Assembly (NCBI GenBank): GCA_964432675.1
Contig: CAYSOG010000006.1
Coordinates: forward strand, 1,824-65,823
Direction: 5' to 3'
Length of the DNA stretch: 64,000 nt
Source: an uncultured Gammaproteobacteria bacterium
GTDB lineage: Bacteria; Patescibacteriota; Microgenomatia; CAYSOG01
The position numbers were made by a program, and so were the translations under genes. Positions 49,274-58,665 of this stretch are shown here, one piece after another (within the stretch, counting starts at the first letter, position 1; every line of letters starts with the position of its first letter). A model generated the notes under the pieces. It was not told the DNA's origin. It was given only the letters and a program-made list of their open reading frames with translations, and made no database searches.

Positions 49274-50050
49274 CTATCCGCGACCGCCGCGCTGGCGGTT
49301 TCTGTACTCGGCGTCGCGAGCCGATCTCTCGGCTTGCTGCTGGCGCCGCTCCGGTGGCGCACCCCGGTGGTTGCGCGGGTCTGTGGCCCGGCAGTCTCGG
49401 AGATGCGTGGCCAGTAGCGGGAGCAGCCGGCGAATCTCGGCCTGCTTGGGCCTGCTCTTGGTGGCGCCGTCGATTTCCTCCTGGCTAAGCCAGGGAAACT
49501 CCGACTGCTCGATCTTCTCGACATTTCTGAGAAGGGCGAGCGCGCCAATCAGAAGCAGCTGCTGCGGCTTTCGCATGAGCCCCGCCTCCTCGGCGAGGTT
49601 CTCGAAATGCGGGAGATACGTATCCCGCTGGGCCGACATGCAGGCCAAGAAGAGCTGCCAAGCGGCCTCGCGCGCCGCGGCGTAATCCGGTTCGAGGTCG
49701 TCCAGGATCATATCCCGGATCCGCTCCAGTTCCGCCTTGAGTTCGACCCGGCGTGGCTCGGCGATCCCATCCCAGCCGGTAGCAAATTGCGCGGTCTGGA
49801 ACTGCCGCCGGGCGGCCTCGTCGATCGGGATCCGCGGCTGATGCTGCTGGTCGGTGCCGGACTGCTCGTCGGTAGCGCAACCGAGAGACTTGCTGGCCTC
49901 GCGGATGACCCGGTCGATGGTCCCCTCCACGGGGGTCTCGGTGACGGTCTGGTCGGCGGTCTCGACGACGGTCTGGTCGGCGGTCTCGACGACGGGCTTC
50001 TGGTCGGCGGTGGCTTCGGTGCTATCAACGGTCTTGGCGGTCTTGGTCAT
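49274..50050 (-). CDS. High-GC hypothetical protein with tandem 8-aa repeats (start at 'MTKTAK')
   Basis: Protein-like frame among several GC-driven overlapping ORFs. N-terminal VETADQTV repeats and a helical C-terminal domain. Own terminator. Confidence 0.5.
   Translation of the reverse strand: MTKTAKTVDSTEATADQKPVVETADQTVVETADQTVTETPVEGTIDRVIREASKSLGCATDEQSGTDQQHQPRIPIDEAARRQFQTAQFATGWDGIAEPRRVELKAELERIRDMILDDLEPDYAAAREAAWQLFLACMSAQRDTYLPHFENLAEEAGLMRKPQQLLLIGALALLRNVEKIEQSEFPWLSQEEIDGATKSRPKQAEIRRLLPLLATHLRDCRATDPRNHRGAPPERRQQQAERSARDAEYRNRQRGGRG
49946..50014. repeat. Tandem direct repeat, 24-nt unit GGTCTGGTCGGCGGTCTCGACGAC x2 plus a partial third copy
   Basis: Read directly from the sequence. 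Encodes the VETADQTV repeats of the 49274 gene. Confidence 0.8.
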
Positions 50051-50197
50051 CTGGCCTTCTCCTGTACAATGAACCTGGCAACACGTGCTAAACGGTAGCA
50101 CACCGCGCCCAAAATGGGCGAAAGACTCTTGCCACAGTTTCATCCGGAGGCCCACGGGCCCGCCGAAAAAAACTAACAAGCCGATGACTGGGCGCCG

Positions 50198-50425
50198 TCA
50201 AAACGACGGCGCCTCCGACATGAACTCAAGGAACTTGCGGTCCGCTTCGGTAAGGACTGGGTCGACAAAAAGCCGACCATTGTCCTTTCCACAGCGGGGC
50301 AATGTCCCTCGGGTCGCCGGCGCCTCGGCCGCAGAAAGCCCACCTTCGTGGACCTTACCGCAGCTCAGGCAGGTTACGTCGAATTCCGTTGTGTTCGGAA
50401 TCACCGGTCTTGCCGCAACTACCAT
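50198..50425 (-). CDS. Small Cys-containing protein (75 aa), high GC
   Basis: 'CLSCGKVHEGG...PRCGKDNG' putative zinc-ribbon. Confidence 0.4.
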   Translation of the reverse strand: MVVAARPVIPNTTEFDVTCLSCGKVHEGGLSAAEAPATRGTLPRCGKDNGRLFVDPVLTEADRKFLEFMSEAPSF

Positions 50426-50894
50426 GTATTCCTCCTAAAAACTAGCCTCTCCGCTGAGGCTTCCATTACAAGGACTTACCATTCGTAAATCCCGATAATA
50501 GAAACCTCACCGTTTTAGCGTTGCTTAAAGGAAGTATTGTTCAACGATAATAATAGTAATGTGCAAATGCTTTTGGGTTTTTACGCCCTCAAGCGTTTGT
50601 TTGCAATTTGCGGCAAAAATAATTCGCAAATCCAAACAATTGTTGTGAAGTATATCACACTACAGGCCTTTTGTCAAGTATCTATAGGTCATACTATATA
50701 AATGTATAACCCTGCATAGATGCTATACACGCCATGTGTACCAGGATCAATAAAAGACATATGCCCTACTTCGCCGGACTACTTATACCATATGTATATA
50801 TAACTATAAGTTATGTATAGGCATTGCCTAGACACAGATTTCTGCATATTGTCATCCTGGCTTAATTGCATTATTTATGTTAGATAAAGCCAAT

Positions 50895-50931
50895 AAAAAA
50901 GGGCCGCGGTATTCATACCGCGGCCCAAAAA
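50895..50931. terminator. Bidirectional terminator GGGCCGCGGTA-ttca-TACCGCGGCCC flanked by A/T runs, downstream of the helicase
   Basis: Perfect 11-bp stem. A6 upstream and A5 downstream on the plus strand. Confidence 0.7.
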
Positions 50932-50972
50932 CCCTTGCAGTTTATATTGGTACTGCAAAAACGACAAATAGC

Positions 50973-53939
50973 CTACTTAGCGGAAGGCTGTACCGCTTTT
51001 TGGTACACTTCCCGCAACAGGCCAATCTTCTTTACTTTGTGGCCGCTTTTAAGGCCCTCTTGGTTAACAAATCCCCAATACGTCTTCCCCCTTTCAGGCG
51101 TTGCCACTTCCGAAGCGGTGGCATCGAATTCGAAAAGCATGCCGTATGAAATTTCATCAATCGGCACAACCTTGTCGCCTTCGAACTGGTACTGCCCCGC
51201 TCCCGGCCAATGTTCGGCGTGGAACTGCGCAAGCCATGCGTCGTATTCGGCCTGCTTTTCCGCTTCCTCTTGGGCCAAGAGCTCAGCAAATTCGCGATCG
51301 AACTGCTCCTGTTTCCGTTGCAACAGCGCTTGCTCCAACCGAACCTGTTCGGCTTCGGCAGCAGCTTGCCGCCTTCGCGATAGCTCTTGCGCTTCAGCCT
51401 GCATCCGAGCCAGTTGAGCTTCTCGCTGCGCTTGCAGCGCCACTTCGCGGTTTGCTTCATAGGTTGGCCGGTTAGTGTCGATGAACTCGCTGGCAGCCGA
51501 AAGTCGCATCTCAGCGTCGGCCGGCCACTGCTCATCGAGCACCTTCAGTCGAAGGGCTTCAAGATCTTGGTAAAACGTGTAAGCCCTTTGGTCATCTTCA
51601 GCAAGTCCCCACATCGCCAAATCATTGCGAATTAACCACAGCACACCAGTAATACTATCAATCAAAGCCAGCTGGCTTCGCTGCGCTTCGGTTTGGTAAC
51701 GCCAGCGTTCCGATTCCGGAACTTCATCGCGCGTACACAAAACTTCCTCATATGCCACTTCTTGGCCAAGCACTGTAGTCGTGCGAGATTTGGTCCATTC
51801 TACCCGCATAAAACCGGGGGGTTTTGGATTGCCCTCGCGAACACTGACCATATGCGGGGCAACTTCAAGCAGCCACTCGACCTCGACTTTTTGGCAGCCA
51901 CGGGCAAAATTGCGTTTGCCTTTTGGCGTTGTGACACCTTGAATACCAGCACAGACAATAATCTGCGGTGGCGTATGAAACAACACGCTATCACGCGAAA
52001 TATACAACGCGGTGTCTTCCTCACGCGACAATGACCAAATGCTACGCGGCTTGGCGCCGGCCCAGGTGTAGCTGAACCTGCCATTTGAAACGGCCAAGTT
52101 CTGCATTAAACCAGCTGCCACTGCCTTGCCGATCACCGCAACTTGGCTCTTTTCGGTGTCAGTTAGTTCCCAACGGTCGACTGCCTTTTGGTAGCCTACC
52201 GATGTGACCTCGATCCCCATCAGCATAATAATATCCATAAGTTGCCGACGGATTTTGAGGATTTCATCAAGGCTTCGATGGTTCAAAAAGTGGTCACGTG
52301 CCCAATCATGGTCATAACCCGCGTCTGCGTATTCGTTCATGACGTTTAATACGGTTAGGAAATCGCTGTCATGAACAGACAAGCGTTGCCGCCACATGTC
52401 TGCATCAGCTTCATGGTCACGCGGCCTGGTAAAAAGCCGGTTGACCGAAAGGCTTGCGGCAATGGTGCAGATTTCTGCAATACAGCCATGCTTTTCGGCT
52501 TCCAAGATCATACGGCCGATGGTTGGTTCAACTGGTAGTTTTGCCAATTGCTGGCCGACATCGGTCAACGTATTATCAGCGTCAACCGCCCCAAGTGCCC
52601 GAAGTGTTTCAAGTGCGTTATGGAGCGCTTGCTTTGGCGGCGAGTCGATGAACTCGAACTCCTCGACATCAGTAATGCCAAGGCTCAGCATCTTCAACAC
52701 CACACTCGACAGTTCGCTGCGCACAATCTCGGGTACGGTAAACTCATCTGCATGGTCATACTCGGCCTCTGTAATAAGCCGGTAACAGTTGCCTTCATCG
52801 GTCCGCCCTGCCCGGCCGGCACGTTGGCCCATACCAGACTTCGAATGCAATATGGTCTGCAAGCTGCTAATGCCGCTGTGCGGATCAAACTGCATTTGGC
52901 GGATAAGGCATGAGTCGACCACATCAACCGCAGTTTGCGGTGTGATAGATGTTTCAAGCACGTTGGTGCCGATAATCACCCGACGGCGGTTTGAAGGAAT
53001 AAAGACGCGCTGCTGTTCGTCCGGGCTCATGTCGCCATGAACTGGAATAAGCTCGGCGTCGATATTAAGCCGTTCGAGAAATTCAATTGTCTTATTAATC
53101 CAGGCAAGGCCCGGCATAAAGACCATGATATCCCGTTTGGCTCTTTGGCTGGCAATAATTTGACTTACTTTGTATGCCGCCAGTGCTTCAACCGGAACCG
53201 GTTTGTCCGGATCGATTAGCCCCAGGAACTGGTCTCGAGCCTTATGATGTTCGCCCGGCTGAAGGTAATGGACCGTGACGGGAAACTGTTTCCCAACAAC
53301 CTGGATGATTGGCGCATTGTCGAAAAACGCCGAGAACTTTTCGGCATTAATGGTGGCCGACATGATAATAAGTTTCAAGTCAGGCCGCAACCGTAATGCT
53401 CGCTTCGCCAGGCCAATGGCAAAATCAGTATCGACGTTGCGTTCGTGCGCTTCGTCGAACCCGATAATGCCGTATTGATAGAACCCTTGGTCATGAATGG
53501 CTTCCTGAAGCAGGATACCATCGGTCATAAACTTAATTTTCGTGCCAACGCTTGTTTCATCGTCGAAGCGAATTTGGTAGCCGACTTCGTTGCCAATCCT
53601 ACTACCTAGCTGCCTGGCGACAAATTGGGCAACGGTAATTGCCGCAATGCGCCTGGGCTGGGTGATGCCAATCCTGCCAGTTTGAAGCATGTCTGCGTTG
53701 TACAGGAATTGTGGAACCTGGGTTGTCTTACCGCTGCCAGTTTCGGCAACCAAGATGGTTACCTGGTTCTGCCGAATGGCCTCGACAATTTCGTCTTTGT
53801 GCTGGCCAACGGGCAATTGAAGGTTCACGTTTTCGTTCCTCACGAGCAGGGGCCCTGGCGTTGCCAGGAATTGCCCACCCTGCTCCGACCACTTTTTCAG
53901 GTCTTGTCCGAAGTCTTTCCGTAAAGGGCAACGGACCAT
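50973..53939 (-). CDS. DEAH-box ATP-dependent helicase, HrpA/HrpB-like, with C-terminal OB/coiled-coil extension
   Basis: 'VAETGSGKTTQVPQF' (motif I), 'GFDEAHER' (DEAH) and helicase-associated HA2/OB-like region. Long Gln/Ala/Glu-rich coiled coil near the C-terminus. Confidence 0.85.
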   Translation of the reverse strand: MVRCPLRKDFGQDLKKWSEQGGQFLATPGPLLVRNENVNLQLPVGQHKDEIVEAIRQNQVTILVAETGSGKTTQVPQFLYNADMLQTGRIGITQPRRIAAITVAQFVARQLGSRIGNEVGYQIRFDDETSVGTKIKFMTDGILLQEAIHDQGFYQYGIIGFDEAHERNVDTDFAIGLAKRALRLRPDLKLIIMSATINAEKFSAFFDNAPIIQVVGKQFPVTVHYLQPGEHHKARDQFLGLIDPDKPVPVEALAAYKVSQIIASQRAKRDIMVFMPGLAWINKTIEFLERLNIDAELIPVHGDMSPDEQQRVFIPSNRRRVIIGTNVLETSITPQTAVDVVDSCLIRQMQFDPHSGISSLQTILHSKSGMGQRAGRAGRTDEGNCYRLITEAEYDHADEFTVPEIVRSELSSVVLKMLSLGITDVEEFEFIDSPPKQALHNALETLRALGAVDADNTLTDVGQQLAKLPVEPTIGRMILEAEKHGCIAEICTIAASLSVNRLFTRPRDHEADADMWRQRLSVHDSDFLTVLNVMNEYADAGYDHDWARDHFLNHRSLDEILKIRRQLMDIIMLMGIEVTSVGYQKAVDRWELTDTEKSQVAVIGKAVAAGLMQNLAVSNGRFSYTWAGAKPRSIWSLSREEDTALYISRDSVLFHTPPQIIVCAGIQGVTTPKGKRNFARGCQKVEVEWLLEVAPHMVSVREGNPKPPGFMRVEWTKSRTTTVLGQEVAYEEVLCTRDEVPESERWRYQTEAQRSQLALIDSITGVLWLIRNDLAMWGLAEDDQRAYTFYQDLEALRLKVLDEQWPADAEMRLSAASEFIDTNRPTYEANREVALQAQREAQLARMQAEAQELSRRRQAAAEAEQVRLEQALLQRKQEQFDREFAELLAQEEAEKQAEYDAWLAQFHAEHWPGAGQYQFEGDKVVPIDEISYGMLFEFDATASEVATPERGKTYWGFVNQEGLKSGHKVKKIGLLREVYQKAVQPSAK

Positions 53940-54106
53940 TTGGTTGAGCAGGGCTGCTCGATTACAGAACCGATCGGGCGCTAATTTTTAATAGCCCATC
54001 AGCTTTTTTCCTTTCTTTTTATTTTCATTGCTTGTTAAGGTACATTTGGAAGCTAAACTTCCCTAAAACTCACTTTCGCCTTTATATAGAGCGACAATGA
54101 GCTTGA

Positions 54107-54138
54107 GGAAAGCCACGTCTGTGTAAACCAGACGTGGC
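54107..54138 (-). terminator. Hairpin GCCACGTCTG-tgtaaac-CAGACGTGGC downstream of the 54152 gene
   Basis: Perfect 10-bp stem. Separates the helicase from the ORFan array. Confidence 0.5.
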
Positions 54139-54151
54139 GAAAAATGTCTAT

Positions 54152-54751
54152 CTACTGATTGATGTTAACACCCAGTTGGGCTTCTGCTGGCACGCCTTGT
54201 GCCAAGAGCGCCTGAAGGTATTCCGAACTCGGCAGTTTGTTGATATATTCGGCGAACTTAGCCGGGTACTCCCGACGCGCCCGTTCATACAGGATTTCAA
54301 TGACCCGAGAATCGACAAGCCCATTAAGGTAGTTCCGGCCTGGAGTAAATGGTGCCTGCCGATGGTTTCGCTTGACGAGCTGTCGAGCACCCTGGTCAAA
54401 GTGCTTCACAACATACGCCCGCATGATAGCAACGTATTGGCCGCCTTCCATGTTTGGCAACGGAACCAAAAGGTACCGGTCTGCAATGCGGAGTGCATGG
54501 GCATAGTCCGCATCAAGTCGCAACCTATTGATTAGCTGCTTGCGTTCAACCAACGACTCAGCGAACGGTCGCCGTAAAGCTATGACTGGACCATAGTTCA
54601 GCCGCCTGTTCAGCCACAATAGCTGCCGCCCGAACCAGCGATTTACCCATCGAAACTTCCACCGAAGGGCGAATGAGGCAATGATAAGGAAAAAGGCGAA
54701 AACCGCCATTACGGTCAACACCTGCCCAAAGACTGTTACTACTTCTTCCAT
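54152..54751 (-). CDS. Hypothetical membrane-anchored protein (199 aa)
   Basis: N-terminal TM helix. Arg-rich. Confidence 0.45.
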   Translation of the reverse strand: MEEVVTVFGQVLTVMAVFAFFLIIASFALRWKFRWVNRWFGRQLLWLNRRLNYGPVIALRRPFAESLVERKQLINRLRLDADYAHALRIADRYLLVPLPNMEGGQYVAIMRAYVVKHFDQGARQLVKRNHRQAPFTPGRNYLNGLVDSRVIEILYERARREYPAKFAEYINKLPSSEYLQALLAQGVPAEAQLGVNINQ

Positions 54752-54781
54752 CTGCTCTCCCCTTTCTCTTGCTTGGTAAGG

Positions 54782-55561
54782 TTACGCCGGCACCGGGTCT
54801 GCGAGCCGAACAAGGCGAAAATTAAACCCTTTGCCGTAGGGCGTCGCATGCAAAACTATTCGGGAACGAGCTGGTATGGAACTATGCGGGTCGATCGACA
54901 CCCAAAATGCGGCGGTAAACAATCTAGAATGTTCCTTGAAATAGAGTAGTCGATTATGAATGTAAGACGCTACCTCCGGATCACCTTCGATATTATCTCT
55001 CTCAATAACAACAAAGGCTTGGCCGTTACCACCTGGATAGTAGTAATAGTTATTATCAACAGAAACTGTCACTTCACGAACGCACTTGCGTTCGATCAAT
55101 TCCACCGCCCGACCGTGCCCGATGGACATATATTGCAGTTCACCGTGTAGCATTACCGGTTCTATAAAGTCTTCAGGGCACCTGCCCTCACTAACGCGCA
55201 TAATGCATCCACTTTCCACAATGAAGTCGCAGTATTGCGCGATATAGGAAATCGGGAGATGGTCGTTTGCTATTTGGCATGTTAGGCCCATTTTCCTTGC
55301 TCGAACCTCACCTACTAATTCCATGCAGCCTGAATTTTCAGAGAGGACGACAAAGAGCTCATCGTCATAAAGCTCATGGGATATGTACTGAAGCTGCTCT
55401 CCGGATAAATCACCAGCTCCGAGAAATTCACCCTTCTCATTGAACCATCGTCCCCGCGAAATCCAGGGGTCAGAGCGTTCAACTTGTCCGCCTCGTAAGC
55501 CGAACAAGCCTGCTGCTCCTATATTCAGACCGCTATACATACCTTTGACAAGACGGGACAT
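54782..55561 (-). CDS. Hypothetical protein (about 260 aa from 'MSRLVKG'; ORF extends to 55720)
   Basis: AGGAGG RBS 6 nt upstream of the ATG at 55559-55561. Contains 'NYYYYPGGNG'. Confidence 0.45.
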   Translation of the reverse strand: MSRLVKGMYSGLNIGAAGLFGLRGGQVERSDPWISRGRWFNEKGEFLGAGDLSGEQLQYISHELYDDELFVVLSENSGCMELVGEVRARKMGLTCQIANDHLPISYIAQYCDFIVESGCIMRVSEGRCPEDFIEPVMLHGELQYMSIGHGRAVELIERKCVREVTVSVDNNYYYYPGGNGQAFVVIERDNIEGDPEVASYIHNRLLYFKEHSRLFTAAFWVSIDPHSSIPARSRIVLHATPYGKGFNFRLVRLADPVPA

Positions 55562-55756
55562 GATCTGCCTCCTCTTTTCGCTTTGCTGCTTTCCATCAAT
55601 TTTGTAGATTTTTAATGTACCATTTGGACACGCTTCGTGCCCAAACTGAAGGCTATTCCCTTCCGCAAACGTTTTTATACGCTTAAGGCATAAAAATGCT
55701 TGAGGAAAGGCCCCGTCCATCAGCCAGTTGGTGAATGAACGGGGATGAAAATTACT

Positions 55757-55942
55757 CTACAGAAGATTAAGAAGATCAAAGAGCCCAAGGGAGTTCCAAT
55801 ACTTTAATTTCCTATCCCAGTAGGCAGCCACGGCTAAGTGGAAATGTCTATCGTGCTCCAGCTGTTCACGCCGCGCTTCCAATGCTTCCAATAAGCGCTC
55901 AGCACTCCAGAATAAATAGATGAACTTCCAAAGCTGCTTCAT
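55757..55942 (-). CDS. Small hypothetical protein (61 aa)
   Basis: Overlaps the upstream gene stop. Helical. Confidence 0.3.
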   Translation of the reverse strand: MKQLWKFIYLFWSAERLLEALEARREQLEHDRHFHLAVAAYWDRKLKYWNSLGLFDLLNLL

Positions 55943-56274
55943 CGAATATCGCCGCTTGGCGCAAGTGAGTTGATGTAGGTTGCAATCGTAAGGAGCGCAG
56001 TATTAATGGGTACGGAATGGTTGCTTCTTACTATGCATGCTTCGGACAACGTGTTCAATATTGTTTTTTGTTGAACAGCATTCAATTTGGTATCGAGATT
56101 ATTGCAAAGCCCAAGGAGATTTGACGTAATTAAACTTCCAAGGTCTTCTAATGTTCCAAGTTGTGCAACCGCTCTAATATTCGGGAACAACTCCCCAGCC
56201 CTGGAAATTATATTCCCTAATTCTTGAGCAAATTCTCGAACCGTCATAGGTTCATTAGCGAGTTTCTGGACCAT
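55939..56274 (-). CDS. Hypothetical protein (111 aa), possible HTH
   Basis: Strong RBS AAAAAGGAGG. 'MTVREFAQELG' helix-turn-helix-like segment. Confidence 0.4.
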   Translation of the reverse strand: MVQKLANEPMTVREFAQELGNIISRAGELFPNIRAVAQLGTLEDLGSLITSNLLGLCNNLDTKLNAVQQKTILNTLSEACIVRSNHSVPINTALLTIATYINSLAPSGDIR

Positions 56275-56418
56275 TTTTCCTCCTTTTTGTTCCGCTTCGT
56301 TTTTCTGTAGGTATTTGAATGTGCAATTTGAAGCATACCGCTTCCTGAAACCCTCTAGGCTGCTGGCCTAAAAAGTTTGAGGAATGGGCGGGACGGCTTT
56401 TTAAGCCGTCCCGCAAAT

Positions 56419-56670
56419 TTACAGGTTAGATAATACTTGTTGCGCCCTTACGTCGGGGCAGCATGTTAAAAGGTACAGCACATATTTCTGGCCTCTGTGC
56501 CATGTACGCTTACTTTTTGGCCAAAGGCCTTGTTCGCGAGCTTTGTCGTAGTACGCAGCCACTACTTCGACCATGGCGATGATCTGCTCCCTCTTTTCAG
56601 GATGGAGCAAGATCCAGCTTTTGACGAAGTCAACGACATCGTTCAATGTTTTAACTTGCGGTTGTTCCAT
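56419..56670 (-). CDS. Hypothetical protein (83 aa)
   Basis: ORF in a co-directional array. Confidence 0.4.
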   Translation of the reverse strand: MEQPQVKTLNDVVDFVKSWILLHPEKREQIIAMVEVVAAYYDKAREQGLWPKSKRTWHRGQKYVLYLLTCCPDVRAQQVLSNL

Positions 56671-56687
56671 TGGCTTATTTCCTTGGC

Positions 56688-57155
56688 TTAGGATGAAAAG
56701 TCCTCTGGTTCTGAAATCCGCAGGCTATACAACGGCCGGGGATTGCCATCGCTCAGCTTAAAACGGCGAAAGAGCGTGTAAAGTGCCGGCAAATCGTAAT
56801 CGCCTTGCTGGTAGCGCGCATAGCGCGTTGCAATTGTATTACCGTCTGCCTTAACAACCGTCACCACGAGGGCATCGGTGAACCGGTCGACATGGATACG
56901 ATACTCACCACCTAGACGTTCTTCGCCCGGTAGGTTATCATTGACAATAATCGATAAGAGCCCCTCGCAGTCGACATAACGCAAGGTTTTTGCGTCGAAG
57001 ACTTCGCAACGACTGCCGAGATAAACCCCGTATCGCCGTTCTTCTTCCTTAATAACCTCGTAGGCCGTGTCAAATATAAGTTTGCCAAACAAGATTTCGG
57101 CAAACTTGCCTTTGGCCACCATCTGTTCAGTTTCGAGTGCTACCGGTGTTACCAC
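56688..57155 (-). CDS. Hypothetical protein (155 aa)
   Basis: ORF in a co-directional array. Confidence 0.45.
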   Translation of the reverse strand: MVTPVALETEQMVAKGKFAEILFGKLIFDTAYEVIKEEERRYGVYLGSRCEVFDAKTLRYVDCEGLLSIIVNDNLPGEERLGGEYRIHVDRFTDALVVTVVKADGNTIATRYARYQQGDYDLPALYTLFRRFKLSDGNPRPLYSLRISEPEDFSS

Positions 57156-57158
57156 CTT

Positions 57159-57512
57159 TTACCTCCGTGATGCATGGTTGTTTAAGCGAGACAATATTGG
57201 TGCAATCCACCATGGCAACGGTTCATGTTGCAACCTGTCAACCCAGCTGGCAATCGCCCAAAGGGTTGCGATCACAATGACAAACATGCTGACTGCAACT
57301 GCAAGGTTTGTTCCCGCCGGACCCGGCGTTATAGATGTTAGGCGCCAGTGCAAAAGGTGCGTTACACCTTCATATGCCACTATAATGCCAATATTGATAC
57401 AACCTGCTAATAGTATGACAAGCTGGAACCTCTTGAACCCAAAGACTAGCCGGATAATTATCATACAAAAGATGACGCTGATCGTTATGATTACACCCAA
57501 AAGATACTGCAT
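57159..57512 (-). CDS. Hypothetical polytopic membrane protein (117 aa)
   Basis: Three or four hydrophobic helices. Confidence 0.45.
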   Translation of the reverse strand: MQYLLGVIITISVIFCMIIIRLVFGFKRFQLVILLAGCINIGIIVAYEGVTHLLHWRLTSITPGPAGTNLAVAVSMFVIVIATLWAIASWVDRLQHEPLPWWIAPILSRLNNHASRR

Positions 57513-57706
57513 GACTGCCTCCGTTTGCGCTTCCTGAGCTTTTAACCTGTAATGGTAAGGTGCGATATGATGAAGTCAAAATGGAAAACGATTGCTCGTT
57601 CACTTTCATTTTAACTTCTTCCTGCAATTCTCAAATTTATTTTTGGGAATTATAGGAATGAGGCAGCGCCGAAACGGCGCTGCCCAAATGTACTCAAAAG
57701 AAAAGG

Positions 57707-58039
57707 TTAAGCAACAGCAGCTTGGATTATACCAATCCGCTGCCGGTGCGCCTCGATCCAAACCTTGCCAATCGCTTCAGCCAAGTCTATGACCGGACTG
57801 TAGTCAACATGCTGCTGCATGCGGCAATCGGTCAAGATTGCCGCTATGGTGTTGACAACGATATCTCCCGAGTAATCCTGGAGCGTGCCGTTGACCAACG
57901 CTTTCTGGTAGACTGCAAGGTTCTTGGCCGCCGAACTGATCCGGTTGGCCAATTTAACTTGACCAACTTGAGCCAATTCCTCCGCCCGGTTGAAAAGCCA
58001 GGCAAGGCCATTTTCGACAATCGCTTCTTCTACCTTCAC
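57707..58039 (-). CDS. Hypothetical protein (110 aa)
   Basis: ORF in a co-directional array. Confidence 0.4.
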   Translation of the reverse strand: MKVEEAIVENGLAWLFNRAEELAQVGQVKLANRISSAAKNLAVYQKALVNGTLQDYSGDIVVNTIAAILTDCRMQQHVDYSPVIDLAEAIGKVWIEAHRQRIGIIQAAVA

Positions 58040-58054
58040 ACTACTTCTCCTCTT

Positions 58055-58270
58055 CTAGATAAACTCGAGGTAGTACCGTGTTTTTTGGTCGCGGCGCTGC
58101 CGTTCTTCTTGGCATTCGCTGCAGTCATCCTGATGGACTGGCATGGCGTCGAGCTTACCACTCGCTGCTCGAGCTTTGCAGCGAGCCTCAAGTTTGCTGC
58201 CAGCCGTTGCCACCCAAACGTGACCATTTAAGCAAGCCACATTGTAGTGGACTTCGGTATTAGTGAGCAT
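58055..58270 (-). CDS. Small Cys/His-rich protein (about 71 aa from 'MLTNTEVHY')
   Basis: 'VACLNGH...CKAR...DDCSECQEE' putative zinc-binding. Confidence 0.35.
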   Translation of the reverse strand: MLTNTEVHYNVACLNGHVWVATAGSKLEARCKARAASGKLDAMPVHQDDCSECQEERQRRDQKTRYYLEFI

Positions 58271-58271
58271 C

Positions 58272-58646
58272 TTACCTACTCCTTGTAACTTGTGCATCTT
58301 GCATTGCTTCTCGGGCCAGCTGGTCGAGTTGTCGATACCACCCCGATGGACGTTCAGTTGCCCAGTTAATTGGATTAACGCCATCGTGCAAACGAATGTC
58401 TGCTGTCAGCACTTTGCGCTTTTGGCTTTCATATTCTTCGTAATCCAGCCCACGCAAGCTAATCGTGCTATACAGCGCTTCGCCGTATTCGAGCATGGTA
58501 ATGCCACCAGCTTCATCGTAAAAAACCTCGGAACTGGTATTATCGAGATAATACCAAGCATCCAAGAGTCTCGTATCGTCCATTGCCTGAAGACGAATTT
58601 CAAGCCGTTGGAATGCCAATCGACGATTTTCTGCAGTTATAGTCAC
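58272..58646 (-). CDS. Hypothetical protein (124 aa)
   Basis: ORF in a co-directional array. Confidence 0.45.
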   Translation of the reverse strand: MTITAENRRLAFQRLEIRLQAMDDTRLLDAWYYLDNTSSEVFYDEAGGITMLEYGEALYSTISLRGLDYEEYESQKRKVLTADIRLHDGVNPINWATERPSGWYRQLDQLAREAMQDAQVTRSR

Positions 58647-58665
58647 TTGCTACTCCTTCTTAGCA

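Noticed and set aside
49371-50098. Several long ORFs on the plus strand and in alternate frames across the 49.2-50.2 kb high-GC block (for example 49607-50098, 49371-49685, 49485-49880).
   Set aside because: High GC suppresses stop codons in all frames. These translations are low-complexity (LGGL/DDGLVGG repeats, Arg/Pro/Gly-rich) and antisense to a frame with protein-like composition and its own terminator.
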